The notes under the pieces are model-generated. The model saw nothing but the letters and a program-made list of their open reading frames with translations. It made no database searches and was not told where the DNA came from. A DNA stretch of 64,000 nucleotides from NCBI GenBank assembly GCA_051530055.1, contig CM121341.1, positions 8,782,784 through 8,846,783 on the forward strand. The letters run 5' to 3'. Shown here in pieces: positions 16,990-32,800 of this stretch. Origin of the DNA: Neoechinorhynchus agilis (lineage: Eukaryota > Animalia > Acanthocephala). A program made the translations under genes and the position numbers. The first letter of the stretch is position 1. Each line of letters starts with the position of its first letter.

Positions 16990-17830
16990 TCATTCAACTT
17001 TATTTATCTCAAGCTTTTGACTCAGTGGACCATTCACTCCTTCTCCGGGCCCACTCCGATTTTGGTCTCAACTTGTAGCAGATCCACTGGCTCGAATCTT
17101 ATCTTCGCAGTCACAAACAATACATTCATTCTCGGGCTAAGGTACTGTGCTGTCACCACTTCTCTGTAGCATTTTCCTAAACGACCTCAAACCTCTCTCC
17201 TCTCATTCTAACCTTTTCTTTTGTCGACGATATCACCATCATCGCCCATTCACCACCACACCTCTCGCTTTCTTTAACCTCTAAAGAAATCACCTAGAAG
17301 ATTGGTGCGCCAATCACAAACTCTACCTTAATTTCTCTAAATGCTTCAAAATGATCCCCTCATTCTCTCGAAACCCTATATTCTCCCCTGAGCTTCTAAA
17401 TGGCATCCTACGAGTAACCTCCCTAAGAATTCTGGGTATCCAATTTCAATCAAATTTGAAATGAGACTCGCATATCGTTCTTTCCCTCAAGCACAACACT
17501 TAAAATTTATCTCCTCAAACGCTTCCGACATTTAGGAATCCCTTCACCGGATCTTTACATATTTTACTTCGGCTTTATCTTACAATCCCTCACCGACGGT
17601 AATCCTGTCCAAATCTCAAATCCGTCGTCTTGAAATGTTTCACGGAGAAGAGCATCTAAAATTTGCACAACTGATTTTCCCCCTATCACCGAGTGCCTTT
17701 ATAAGATTTTCAACGTCTCTCAACCCTTGAACCACAATTTCTTCCACATATCGCTCCCTTTCCACACGAGCACAACACTCGTAATCCTAATTCGTTTTAT
17801 TCTCCCTCGACCTCACACCTCCCTAAATTT
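16990..17830 (+). mobile_element. Degenerate L2/CR1-group LINE reverse-transcriptase remnant
   Basis: LSQAFDSVDHSLLL..WLESYL, FVDDITI and SLRILGIQFQSNLK*DSHI. Multiple stops and frameshifts. Confidence 0.7.
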
Positions 17831-17859
17831 ACGCTCCTTTTTCCATGCTGCCAAATCTA

Positions 17860-20800
17860 ATGAATCTGAGGAAAGACCAACCTTACAAGCGCTCCTCCAA
17901 ACAACAACCACCATTTCCCACCAGAACGGACCATCCAACCCAACCGGATTTGCCAATGACCAAAGGTATATGGGTCTAATTTCGTAAATAACAAAATAAA
18001 CGCGTTATTATTATAATCTTCGAGCCAATGGAGGATAAAGATGTTCCCCACTCTCGGAAAGGTGTGCCCAGAGAGAATAAGTGTAAAAATTATATGACTA
18101 TATTTATATCAATTATTTTTGTAGCCTGAGCTCGCATGTTTCTCTTAGCCAATACAGTTCAATCTCTTCGTAAATTAGTTGGATTATGGTTCTAAAAATT
18201 ACGGATTATTAGTTTTTAATAGGTGAGCTTGCAAAGAATTGAAATTGATCTAACAACATGCTGGTTCTTTATTTGTAGACATTTCGTTCTCACTGATTAT
18301 CCTCAGAATTTGCATTTTGAGACGCGCCCAAGAGAGAAACATGTCGTTAATCATCGAAGGTGGTTCTTGTTTTAGAAGTATTTTATTGGAATGATCCATA
18401 AGTTGTTTAGCGCAAAACAAATAAAATGGTAATTGTAAAAAAGATTTCTATCCCCTCTAAAATTCACTACTAGAGTTTTAAGCATCGGTTAGCAATGGAT
18501 TCTAATTTTTTGCTGAAACCAAAAATTTATCTTCATAGTGTCTATCTCCTTATTTGGCCCACTATAATCGTATTTAAAGCACCATTAAAAAAACTTGCAG
18601 TTGTTTTTATACAGCTTATCAATACTTTTTCTGTGCTGAAGAAAACGCACCCTTACAACGGGGGATTTTCGTCTCTCGAAGATAATCTTAACAATTATAT
18701 TTCGAATATTTTTTCTATATGACTCGAAGTTTTGCTCATACTTTTTTAACGTAATAAAAAGGATTTCGATCTGATCGCGCCAGAAATAATTGCTAGCGTC
18801 AATTCCCTACGCTATCTTCAACGTATTTTGACTTATTCTATTCCAATCGAGTTTTATAAAGTGGCACGGGATAATAACGTTTTACGGTACGCAGTTTACT
18901 TTAAATCCCCTGCTTGTACTACGATGTCAAAATCTTAATTCGAAAAATAGAACTCATTGGCATGACAACCAGATTTTCGGGACAAAAATATTATTAGAAA
19001 GTTGCGGTACATTTTGCGGAGAAAATGTCGCAATCTTTTACATCAAAAGTAGAGAATAGAAGCAAACTCGGACTTGATGAAATGGCATCTCTACTCGTTA
19101 CAAGTATTCCATTTACGGAAGCTGAAAGATTAATCAACGTACAGAAACACCGAACATTGGTTGAGAATTTCTTTAATGGGAAATGGAGCCGGCTTGTATT
19201 CTATACACTGGTTGACGATATCGCAATTCGTTTGAATTCGCCTTATGAACATGATCACATGTCCAGCACTGATTTGACCGAGGAATCTGAAACCATCGCG
19301 TCAGATCATGGAGGTTCAATCCGAGAATTTCCCAGTACATTATCTTATGGAAAAAGTGTTTTATCTATGGAACGAAGAACGACGAGACGATCCAACATGT
19401 CTTATAAGTATTCCAGTCATTCGGCGAGCACCATGAGCCTAATTGGACAGCCAATGATGCCCATGACAGAAAATGGGGAGTGGATTGAGCTTGACAAGGA
19501 AAACTTAAAGGAAATGATCGCATCGAGGTTTTTCCCTTCCGAACGATGTGCAATGGTTCTTTATTTTGAAAATCCGTTATTGTGCACCATCAACTCCGCT
19601 TCTGATTTTCGTAAAAATATCCTCTCTCAATTCGCAATGTATACTTTCGATCCCTTCAAGATTGACTACCATATTTTATCATTGTCACCCGAAAAAAATC
19701 ATCACTGTAAGATAAACAATTATCAATTCGCGAGTTCATTAAACAACTAATTTTAGATTCAACTTTTATGATGAGATTTGCTAATAGTGCTGAGGAGTAT
19801 GTGATAAAATCGGCTGGTGGGCAGTGTTTAAAACACTTCACAAGAAAATGTTTTGATACTTTGAATGAAAATGAAATCAAGGTCGCACTCGGTTAGTGGA
19901 TGAAGCCTATAATCGCATTGTGTACTTTAGATTGAAATATTTTCCACAAAAAATACGGGACATCTTTTTTATTTTTTAGCGAATATGTCTATATCTCGTT
20001 GTTTATATTGGTCCCCAATAAAATTTAAGGAATTTACATATATTTAGCCGTTTTGCTAACCATAATAAAACTAGGATTTTACATATCCATGGAAGGAAGA
20101 TTCTCTTCTATATATGGTCTTAAATTCAAATTAAGACAATATGTCACTTTGGCTTAAAAATAAAGTGTTTTGATAAACTTCATATTTCAGTCTTAATCAT
20201 GAGACGTAAACGAAATTCACATGAATTTTTGCTTAGAAGCGTACCGCTTTATTTTAAATTTATGCTTTTGGAAATTTGTGAATCATTGAAATCCCGATAC
20301 AAAATTAATTATCTATCAATTAAGTAGTCACAAAAATGCTAGTTTATTACTATTTAAAAGTATTTAAATCAATAAAATTTTTGAATTTATAATTTAAGTT
20401 ATGAATGCCGTTCCTATGAGAAAAACTTTTGGTGCTTCAAGGTAGATTTATTATTGATTTACGAACGATTTTTGTAGAAGCTTTAATTTTTACGGCGATT
20501 GGTGATTCGTTTTTTTTCTAATAAGATCACTGTTAATCTACTGGAGCAATTTTTTTCATCATAAGAAGCCAAATATGCTTCAAATGTTTTTTATATAATG
20601 TTTATTAATTTCAGATGTCAACTGTTAGATTTAACATTGATAAGATTTCACAAAATCATTTCCACATTTTTGTGTGATGCATTTTCTCTCAAGTCTACCA
20701 ATATTTTTTATTTCTAACAGAAAACGTACACAGTTGGGCAATATATTTGCAGTACCTGGACTTACGGAAACCATTTCTGTACAGCGATGATATGAGTGAA

Positions 20801-23800
20801 ATGGGACTTGAGTTTGAGCGAGTAACGATCTTTTTCAGGACACTTGAACAGTTTTTGGACCAAGTTGCTATAAAAAGTAGAGAGAGTGTACTTATGGCTG
20901 TTAGATATTTATGCACCTCTACCGTCAATATGTTATACGATTCGCTAATATCAATAAAGGTTCGTAATTATTGAAGTGGACCAACCTAATCATTATTCGT
21001 TTTACACGATTCAAGAATCAACTAAGCTCTTCGCGATCACAATTTGAGACTTATGAAAGACTCGATCAAGTCTATGGGTACTTTTCCAAAAGCAAATCGA
21101 TCGTGTTCTATACCATTCTAGTGGCTACAGCGACCGCTGCTTATGCAAAATATGATTGGTTAAGACACAACGACGAGTTTATCCACTTAATGAAACTTGT
21201 AAATACTCTTATTGTCCTCTATAATTAAGCCATAGCTTTTTTTAGATTAGCACTGATGTTTTAAAATCCTTTTTCGCGGCAGTAAATGTTGATATTCTTA
21301 TTACGCAAAATTGTCAACATGAGTTCAAGCTACTCGTCCTAGCTGTTGATCAGCATAACACTTTTCAATGGTTATTTGAACGCGTAAGTAAAACTTAACA
21401 AAATGTTGTATTGTGAATCGATGTTTTTTTTGAAAAAAAAGGTTCTATCTTCTTTATATGGCGATCAAGAAGCGGCCATACTTCAATTGCGAACAATTAA
21501 TCAAATTGCTAATAAAAGATTAGCACAAATAAGCTTCGTAAGCATCTTAAAAGTATATGTGACTTGAGTTTCTTTAAAACACATCTTCTATTTGGAGCAA
21601 CTTGCAACCTTTTTTATGTTTTTGATCATGGTTAAAAATCATTCTTGCCTTTTCTATCTCTATGATTGAATTTTGACTTTGTCGACTACATGCACTGGGA
21701 ATAAGAATTTTATGATTGCTCGTTACGCCACTATAATATTAAAATTGGAAAAGAAATCTTAGTTGCAAATTTAAAATATTCTTGTCTGAGCGAAAAGGCA
21801 GTTTTCTTTTACTTTGTGAACGTAGGGCTGACCGTTAAATTTGACTGACTATTTTTTTAGAATTTATTAGGTTATTTAAAAGCAACCTTCTCAGTCATTG
21901 TCTGTCTCCATTTGTTCTAACGGTTTCTGTCTAGATAGTGGAAATCAAGCAACTTTATCGCTCAATCGGTGCCACCGTTTTAAGGCCCACTGACTACTTT
22001 CAATCGAATCTACTATACCACCTGCCTGATTTTATCACAGCGTTCATTATATTAAAAGATCTTCCTCCTTTAAAATACTCATTGCTTCCTCTGTACTCGG
22101 ATAAATGGGAAAATATATTTAATAGGTTAGTCTAAAGCTTGTTTCTAAAGTACGTTTTGTTCAAAAAACTCTAAATTTCTATTTAGTTTCATGTTGGAAA
22201 TGGCGAGGATCAATGTTGATTGGAAGAGATCTTTAATGAGACTCTTAATAAAGGATGCATCAATCGAAGAAGTGGCCGAATTAAATGAACTGCTGTCAAT
22301 TGCATTGCCTTTCAAGGTCATTAAAATGATTTAATTGTCCCTGTTTAGATTTTGTGTTTTTTAAATCAAATTTTGCTACCATCGACGCTTGAGTTGTTAA
22401 ATTTATGGAACACTTTTATTTTGTTTTTAACCTTGCCTTAATTTTTCAATTGTGAGATAATCGCTAAATAACTTCGTTTTCACTTATATCGAACGGCATT
22501 TAGCAATACGACTTAATATCTAGTCGATTGCTAAATGGAAGTTTATTCCAATGCATGCTCAAAAAAAGATGCCGGATACGTTATTAGAATGCGGCTAATG
22601 ACACTACCCATAAAAATAGAAATATCTATCATTAGTAGAAAATCTCTTGGGATAATCAAGTTAGAATTTTGGTGGGTGAACATACAAACTTCGTAAAAAC
22701 TTACAAACAATGATTGACGATGTGAGGTTACCACGTGAAATATTTCTGGGATTATATTTACCAAAATGTTAAGAAATATCTATGATCGTTAAAATTAGAG
22801 TGGAAATCCTGGCAACGTTCTATGAAGAAAAGTAGTTTGTAAAGTCACAGCTACACCAATCCTTGCCTTATTTTCAGTAAAACTCTAAATTTTCACTATA
22901 CATAATTAAAGTGTTAAACATTACAAAAATAATCATCGATAGAAAATCCTTCGGGTTATGGTGAAAATACTCCCGGTAATAGCATATTTGATTTAATGGA
23001 GATATTTCGAAGGAGGTAACCTCGATCCATCAGTCATTGTTTCGCAAGTTAAACAACCAATTGTCGGCAACCCACATTTTCCGAGCTTTGATTCTATTGC
23101 TCGTCTTTTCTATGGATATCAGCTAAAATGTTAAAATTTTATTCTTAGATAAACGATGACGTTTTCTCGGTCGAAAACTTAACGGACATCTCCAATCTTA
23201 AAATATTAATGGAAAACATAGATAAAGCAGTGAGCGTTTTGAATTCGGACAAAATTCGCCAACCTGGAATTCTTGTAATAAACAAGCTGAAAAATATTCA
23301 AATCGAAGTTCAAAGGTATGTGTACCAATACGATTTTTCTGCTTAAAACCTGAAAAACATAAAGTGTGATAAATTCTTATAATACTTTTCGACGCCTACT
23401 ACCTTCACTGATAGAAATCACTAAAGAGATGAAACTGACTGATCATAAAATCTCAAATTTCAGCTCCGGTGAACAAGGGAACGTTTTAAAAATGGAGATA
23501 GAGGTAACTAATTGAAAATTTAATGATCATATTATATATTTAAAATAGCGCTCGTTAATTGAAATAAAACTATGTCCAATCTTAAAATTAAACCAGTCAC
23601 CCCTTGGGACGTACATTGAACTGTGTCGTCCCGAGTTAAATTGTATAACCAACAATGAGCAATTTAAATCAATACATTGGACTAGTATTAACGAAAAAGC
23701 AATACTCGAAATTTTATCTCAACATCACAGTGCTTTCTCTCAAGAAAGATTTCAATTTAGATACCTTATAAAACGCATTAACAGGTTTGTATTTGCGCTG

Positions 23801-26800
23801 AACGAAAAATTGCTTAATTTGTTGAAATAGATTGGAAATCACCTACTCGAACACAATCTTACGCTCTATAATATCTGAAATCTTGACTAATGCCAGAACT
23901 GATTGTCTATCTCCAAAAGTGATACAAAATTTGTGGATGTCCAAAAATGCAAATGATAGCATAAATAATTTTGAAGAGATGATCAATGAGGTTTGGCGAT
24001 GACGATTTTTTTAGAGGAGAATCGACTGAAATTTTAGACGGAACGAACAATCTACAAGATTATGTTTATGCACGGAAATGTTCTGCAGAGATTAAAACTG
24101 ATCGCAAGAATCGACTTTATCAATATTTCTCCAAAAAAGAAATATAACATTGATGCTAAATTTTTAAAGGAAAATGTCAGTGCTGCTTTGAGGCATTTTA
24201 CATTCAGAATTTTTTAGTCGAAATCTATTAAATATTCATAGTTTGTGTGAGTTTGAAATGTTTTTTTATCTGGATCTAAACATTTTGTAATCATATAGTA
24301 AAGTCTTCAAGTAAATAATAGAGCAGCTGGGAGGAACTTAAGGAGAAATGTCGGAAAATAATGATTCCGTACCCGTAAAAGTATATGTGCATTAGAAAAT
24401 TGTGACTTTGCCCGTGAAAATCTTGTCAAAAAAAGAAAAACACCTTTTAGAGATCTTGACGGACGGTTTTGATAATTTTAAGTCACGATAAAATCCTTTA
24501 AATCTAAGAATAACGTTTTTATTAAATTTACTGTTATATTGTCTTTTTAAATAGCTTAAAACTAAATAAATACGCTTTAGTTTGACATTCAAAAAACTAA
24601 GTTCTCATCGATTTACGGAATGTACGAAGATTCAACAAGATATCTTAGATATATGTATAAAACTATTTTGACTGTGTGGCCGAACATGCGAGTGAGATAA
24701 TTTTTGTTCTTAAGCTATAACTTTTTTCGAAAACAGTTAACGAGACAATGGAAAATGTATCTTGATTTTATGGATCGACTTCTTTATGAAGCTATCGAAT
24801 TCGCAATCAAGAATTCTCTTCTTTGCGTCTACAAACTATTCGAGCCAACTCATGCAAATTCAAAACAAATAGTCTTCTACGTCTCGACGGAGTTGTTGAA
24901 AGGAAAAGATGCCGATGCTCAACCGTTCCTTAAGGTATCTCCTATGTGTTCTCCGGTATTTTCTAAACTAACAATAACAAAAAAGATTGGGTTATGTCCT
25001 TCAATTGACCAAATTCAAGCAAATCTCCAGACTTTATGTGTCGATCAACTGAGAAAAAATATTCGACGCATCAACGGTTTCTGTTGTGTGTTCTATGAGC
25101 AGCACCGAAAAAGAGATATTGCTAAGTCGTGTGTTGAATCGATTGCGGTTCGTGGAATTCAGGCACAGATTCAAGAACTTGCCACCAGTTATTTCGATCA
25201 AGTCAGAAAGGTTTTCGATTCCATCCTCAATAAAGAGTACAACGGGCTCCTTAATACGGTTAATCTCGAAGCATTTACCCATGGAAGTTCGACTGAAGAA
25301 ACGAACCAAATGATCAGCCACGCACTTAAAACGTTGGGTTCAATCTCTTTTAAGTCTACATTTCTGATATACCTTTTCGGTCAAATTTAGCTACTACAAT
25401 GTACAACAAAATATCACTTCTATTCCGGATAACGTCAAAATTGGTTGTTTTCTATTCGATTGTAGGACACTAAAGAGCAAGCTATCCGGATTGTGCTCAT
25501 CTGGAGCGCTTACTTGTCAGAAGTTTGTAACAGTCATTCTCGAAAACGTGGTGGCGAAGGTCCAGCGTTTCGTAAAGCTTTCTACTGAAAGGTGAGCTTT
25601 AAATGAATTAAAATCAATTTATTCCTACTTTTCACTTCTATCTGATCTATTTTAAGTTCAATTTGTCAGAATTTATGCTAAGATTTTAAAGAAAAAGAAA
25701 TTTTGTGATAAATACGTATTTCAACTGGTAAAATCGTCATTGTGCTAAAATTTGCTAGCTTAATTAAAATATGCTTGAGCTTGGTGGGTTTGAATATTTA
25801 TTTTTGTTTTATGCGGATTTTTTTACAAACCATTAATTTTTTGAAAATCAAAAATATTAAATACAATATTTATCAATAAGATCTGGTTTTTAAGTGATAA
25901 TTTATTGCCCTTCTTAAAGCAAACTTAGCTTCCCGTTGCATGGCAAAATTGAATAATTTTCATATTTCTCTGAGCATAGGTTTCGATATTGTCCTACAAT
26001 TTACAAGGACCTAAAGCCTTACAGCGAGTTTATTTCGTCCATTAACGATCAGACAGCCCCCGTCGAAAATGCACTGGCAGAGATTGATGAGCTACTAAAT
26101 CTTCTAAAGAAACATAATTGCAGTTTGGACCGGAAAGTAGGTGTTTTTTAAGGATTGCAAGGTGATAGGATAATCCTTTTATAGAGCTGGAATCAATTTT
26201 TGCGCCTGAAAGATGAATGGGCAGATCATCGAAAACGATTAGAGGATGCTTCCGATCAAGAAGCTTTTGTTAAGATTAAATTCCGATACCAAGTAGAAGA
26301 AGATATTGAATGTTGGTTAGATCAGATTGCGCTTTATTCTGCTGGCTTCGAAGAGAAATGCCCCAGGGAACCTAATATGTCGATAGAGAAAGTAAATTCC
26401 AGCATAAAGTTTTCGTCATTACATATGAATCAATGTAGGTCAAACAAGAATTGAACGATTGGATTGACCTGGCTATGGACCTATCACACTTTAGGACACA
26501 TTTTGTGGAAGCTCTTGATGATCTTGACATGAAACGAACTCTTGACAGGACGGACGAAGCATTTATTTTGGTAGGTGAAATTTTTTATACGATTGTTTAA
26601 GTACAAAAATGCATGAATGTGCAAATTGCATCTGATTGTTGAAACTGTTTCTCGTGCCGGAGCTAATCATTGGTTTAAAAGCCTTTTAGAAGTTGAAATA
26701 AGCATCCCTTTAGAAAGTGGAAAAGATAATTGAGATTTGGGCACGGAAAGAGGAATATGATATAAAAAGGAAGGAATGGGACACTGTAACTTTTGGTGAT

Positions 26801-29800
26801 TTGGACATGAATGATGTTGAGGATTTCGTAACCTACAATCACAAGCAAATAGTGGCATTTGCAGGCAGTCGCGACGAATCGGTCTGTGATATTTAAAGTC
26901 CTTCGTAAGATCATCAAGCCTTACCTCGTTTTTAAGTTCGCGGATTTACCTGTATTCGACTATATTCTAACTGAATTTGGAATGCTGAAGGGCATGCTGA
27001 CAGCATTATCCGCACTACACAACCCTTTCATGCAACGTCGTCATTGGAAAATTATCAGCTCATTGACCGATCGGAAAATCGATCATCAAGTGACGAGTCT
27101 TACACTTAGTCAAGTACTTGACTTAATCAAGGAAAATATCGGTCAGGTGATTATCGACGTATCAGAGACGGCATCCAAGGAGAATGAAGTTGAGAAGGTA
27201 AGACTTTTAATTTTTAAAGCAAAAAATTAAATTCGTAGGTCTTAAATGGAATTGACCAACATTGGGCATCGACAACGTTTCAAATAGTACCGAGCGGAGA
27301 ATATACTTCAAAAATTAAGTAAGGCTTAGAGCATGGTTTATTCACGTTTATTTATCTGCGATATTAAAGAATGCTCGATATGGTTATTGATTTGGCAGTC
27401 ACTACTCAAATCCAAGTCTCAACCCTGAAGGGTTCGAAATATGCTGTACATTCAAAACCTAAAGTTGAATATTGGGATAGGATTTCTAGAGATGTCACAG
27501 AACTATGCGATGTTCTGTCTAACGTACAACGAAGATATCTTTATTTAGAGGTGAGTTTGAGTGAAAAAATTATTGGGCGCAGTTTTCTACATTAAAAAAA
27601 AGTTTCAGTACTTCTCTTATAACCAAATGACTTTGGAATCGAAAAGTTTACAGAATAAGATTGCAGGTTCATGTCAAAAAATTGCTAGAGATTCTTAGGG
27701 GTTTCCTGAAGCAATTGTTTAGATAACCAAATGATGCCTTCCACTTTGAAATGTAAGTAATGTTAAAGGCATTCCAGAAGTAAATGAAATTTCTGGGCAT
27801 ACTTCTATCAAAATCGAAATTTAAGCTTTGAACAGTATTGAAACTATGACTGCAATTGCTTAAGTATCTAGAGTGGAAAGCAAATTGTTATATTTGAATT
27901 TTTGAAAAATGAAAAACAAAAATCACTCGTCGATAAATAAATTAGTTCTACCCCGGTATTTAAGTCAATGAAATGCATTTTGAAAAGTTTAGGGGTTATT
28001 TCGTACGCCTGATGTAACAAAGGAAATACCCACTGAGGCCAAACAATTTGAAAAGGTGGATCATACATGGTTAGCTTTGTTAAGAATAATAAAGGACAGA
28101 AGTTATATTCCGAAGCTAGTCGAATCAACGGGTACCTAAGAATTAGTTAAAAGTAACTTATTCGTTGAAATATTAAAACATTTAAGGGTTGATAATGAAA
28201 TTCAAAGAACTGTTGGATTGGCTCGAGCGAATCCAAAATAAACTGGAAATTTATTTGGAAACAAAGCGTGGATTGTTTCCAAGATTTTATTTCATCTCAG
28301 ACGATACACTGGTTGAGATACTGAGTCTAACTTCAAAACCTCAAGCAGTCCAAGTTTATCTCAAGATGTTGTTCGATAACATCGCCGCTCTTCAAATCAA
28401 CAATGTAAGCAAATCCGTCAATTTTCTTGACAAAACGACGAATGTTTTAAGGGAATGGCGAATGCGCTTGTATCCAGCGAACAGGAAATAATTCCACTTA
28501 TCAGTCCGGTTGCACTTACCGGGAATGTTGAAGTAAATAATCAGATTTTGATTTATGAGATAATTCATTAGGTGAACATCGTAGAATTGGCTAAGAGAAT
28601 TAGAAAACTCCATGACTGAGACTGTTAGACATAAGATCTACGGGACACTCACAGCATGGGCAAAATTAAAGAAGGAAAGCAGATTGAACATTATTAAGCA
28701 TTATCCTGGTCAAGTCAGTTTAGCTAAACTACCGTTTTTTCTGCTAAAACACACTGAATTTAGTGCTTAGTGACCACTGGGGAAATTCAATGGACTTCAA
28801 TGGTATCTAACGCATTGTTGAAATCTAATGGTGGACTCGCTAAAGTTGAGAGTTCTCACGTAAGTCACGAGCTTAAATCTCGATTTCCGCGTATGGTTGA
28901 CCTTTAGTCGAGTTTACTCGAAGAGTACTCAAAAATGATACAACATGCAGATTTAACTGAACTCGACCGTCAAAAACTTATCGCTGTCGTCACAAAAGAA
29001 GTTCACGGACGCGATGTTTTGAGAGATCTTGTAGCTCAAAATATTCGCGATATCAATGCTTTCGAATGGATAAAACAACTTAGACAGTATTGGGAACCAT
29101 TTGAGGTAACTAAACCGATTTTCTACTCGGAGTATGAATTTTCGAAACTGAAGCGGATCTCGAGTCTGAGATAATGTGGAAGTCGGAAAGGTTTTGTCAA
29201 TATTGCAATTAATAACCCTTTATAAATTATACTTTACTAACAGATCGTTTTCAATTTCGAAATGTTCATAGAGACATCTATAAATTGCCTGAATCGGTTA
29301 TTTATAAAAAATTGAACTTTTAATTTTAAGAAATTAAATACTGAAACGATCATCTTGTTAACTCGAAACTCACTCTATAAATTCATGTTTATCTTTCAGC
29401 ATAAAAAATTAATTTTTTACTTTTAGAACGCGGGTGAACATTGCACGATTCGGCAACTGAACACTTTATTTCGCCATTGTTACGAATATCTCGGATGTTC
29501 CACACGACTCGTAATGACACCTTTAACGGATAGGTCGGTGTTTATGTTTTAATTCATTAAATATCGATCATAGGTGCTATATGACACTCACTGCCGCATT
29601 GAATCTTTATCTCGGTGGATCGCCAAAAGGTCCCGCAGGAACAGGAAAGACCGAGACTGTAAAAGACTTGGGAAAATCGCTTGGTGTTTACGTAGTCGTA
29701 ATAAATTGTTCAGAAGGTCTCAACTATAAACAAATCGGCAAAACCTTGTCTGGAATAACCCAAGTATTTCTGGGTTTTTTCATACAATAGAATTTAAATC

Positions 29801-32800
29801 TCGTTTTAGTCTGGATCTTGGGGGTGTTTCGACGAATTTAACAGAATTAACGTCGAAGTATTATCCGTCGTGGCTCAACAAGTTAATGGAATATTAGACG
29901 GAATGAGGAGTGGCAGAAAAAGTGTTTTACTCGATGAAAAAGTAATTCCTTTAATGCCCTCATCCGGAATATTTATTACAATGAACCCAGGTGAATAAAA
30001 GCTTATTTTTAAGTTTTAAAAGGTCAATTTTTTAAAAGGTTACGCCGGTAGAACAGAATTGCCGGATAATTTGAAGTCACTATTTCGACCAATTGCAATG
30101 GTCGTGCCTGATTACAGTTACATCGCAGAGATATTTTTATTCGCCGAGGGATTCACTAATACAAAGGTACTTTTTTCTTGGAAGCACATTAATTTTTGTA
30201 AGTTTCGAAATGTAGAATCTTGCTAAGAAGGTGTGTGCTTTATATCAATTGGCCGATCAACAATTGTCGAAGCAACCTCATTACGACTTTGGACTGAGAT
30301 CAATGACATCTTTGTTGCGATACGCAGGAATGAAACGTAGTCAGATGGAGCTACTGGACGATGAAAAGATTCTTGAAATGGCTATGACAGACGTAAATGT
30401 TCCTAAACTAACAAAAGAAGATTTAACGCTATTCAATGCGATTTGTGCGGATATATTTCCGTCAATTGAAAAAAGTGATACACTTGGAGCAAAAATGGTG
30501 TCAGTTTTAGAAAAAGCAGCCACCAGTACCCGAGTGGTTGCAACTGAATCACTCATTAAAAAAGCAATTCAGTTGTTCAATACGAAAATGACGAGGCATT
30601 CCATAATGCTCGTGGGGAGTTCCATGACGGGAAAAACCACTTGTTGGCGTTTACTACAAACTGCATTAAATGACACGAATGTTTCTTCGCAAATTGAGGT
30701 TTGGCACAGTTTCAAAAATATTTTATTCATTTTCTTAGGTTTTCAAAATTAACACAAAAGCCATAAACGAATCGGAAATGTTCGGTAAGCTTAATTTAAG
30801 CAGTGGAGAATGGAACGATGGTATCCTTTCGAGCATTATGAGAAGCGTTTGTCAAAGTATTGATTTATCTGGCTTTTAATTTAAATTTTATCGATTGCTG
30901 AATAGATAATCTGGAAAGTAAAAAAGCATGGATATTATTCGACGGACCTGTAGATGCTGGTTGGATAGAAAACATGAATTCTCTTATGGATGATAATAAA
31001 ATACTAACTTTGGCGAACGGCGAGCGAATATTGATGCCATCTGACAAAGTGTGTCTCCTTTTTGAAACCGAAGATTTAAAAGTTGCTTCGCCCGCAACGG
31101 TCTCTCGATGTGGTATAATATTTTTCGACAACAGTGATCTGTCATACAAGTCACTTATAGACGATTGGATCAACAAATTCAAACACGTATGATTTATATC
31201 TTAGAAATACGAAACAATTCACATCGCTTTTCATAGAATGAACAGACAATATTGTCGAATTTATTTTCTAATATTTTTGATCGGATACTGACTTTTAAAA
31301 ATAATCAAAAAAATGAATTGCTTTTTAAAGATCCTATAAATGCATTTTTATCGCTAACGTGGTTATTTAATGAGCTTAAAACTAATATAGAAGCAGATTT
31401 AAATGGAGTACAAATGGATGATTTATTAAAGAAACTATTTATTTATTGCGCTATTTGGACTGTTGGTGCTAATATGACTGAAAACGGCAGAAAAGGCGTT
31501 GATTCGATTGTTAAGGAGATGGACCGAAGTATTCCCAATCGTGATACAATTTACGAATATTATGTGGATTTTATTTCTATTACTTGGAAACATTGGGAGG
31601 ATTTAGTAGATGAGCAGAAATTTGTTATGCATCCTGGGACGCCGTTTTATCAATTAATAGTACCAACGGTGGACACTACCAGGACGGCATCTATATTAGG
31701 ATCTTTTATGGATCTCAACCGTCCTATACTTGTCATTGGACATGTTGGAACAGGAAAAAGTTATATCTGTAGGAACATAATAAATCAAAGAATCAAAAAA
31801 TTGGACGCTACTTCAATGGTAATCTTTTTATCCGCGCAAGTAAGTATTTCACAAATTTTATTATAGGATACATTTTCTTTTATTTATGTAGACAACAGCA
31901 AAGTACATTCAAGACAGCATTGAGTCTTCAATGAAAAAATTTGGACAGGGCGTATTGAAACCTAAAGATGATAAATCAATGATAGTCTTTCTGGACGATA
32001 TAAACATGCCACAAGCCGATATTTATGGATCTCAGCCACCTTTGGAACTATTAAGACAAGCTATTAATGAAGGTTGTTGGTATGACAGGGAAACTCGAAA
32101 ACTGAACGAGCTAACAGTATGTCTTTTTGAATGTGAAACCAATAAAATAATTCAATTTTGTAGAATATCTCATTCCTTGCTGCAATGGGAGTTTCTGCAA
32201 ACGCTAGTGAGCCAAGATTGATTCCAAATAGATTGAAGAGTAAGATGTGCACAATGGTTTTGAACACCCCATCGGTAATTATTACTATAATATCATATTT
32301 GCTTATTTTGACTCCTAAAATAGTGATTTTCTAGTATACTTGTTAAAGATCTTAGGCAGAAATTCTAACATTTAATACGCTCAAATTTCAGTTTAAACTT
32401 TTGCAATACACCAACTCAAATTGCTCATTTTCTGACTTTTTATCAAAAAATAGACAATTTGCACAACTGTTTTTAATTTCCAAAATATTAGCTGCTTGGG
32501 GCATGTTCTGAATTATTAGACCAATCAAATGACGCGATGATATAATAAATTAAATTTCGATCTTGGGTATTGTATTTACAATGAAATAGCGACTAGGATT
32601 CCACCAAATAACTTACGACATATATTTCCAATCAAAAAGTATTATTGTATCAATTGCTAAATGTTAGCTTATCTTAGAAATATTACACTAAGGTGGAATT
32701 ACATTCGCTCTAATATAATAGCGAGATCCCTCACTGAAAAAAGGGAAAAACACCTCTTAGTGCTGTGGAATAAGGTTCTGCAATCACATAAATGGTCAAC

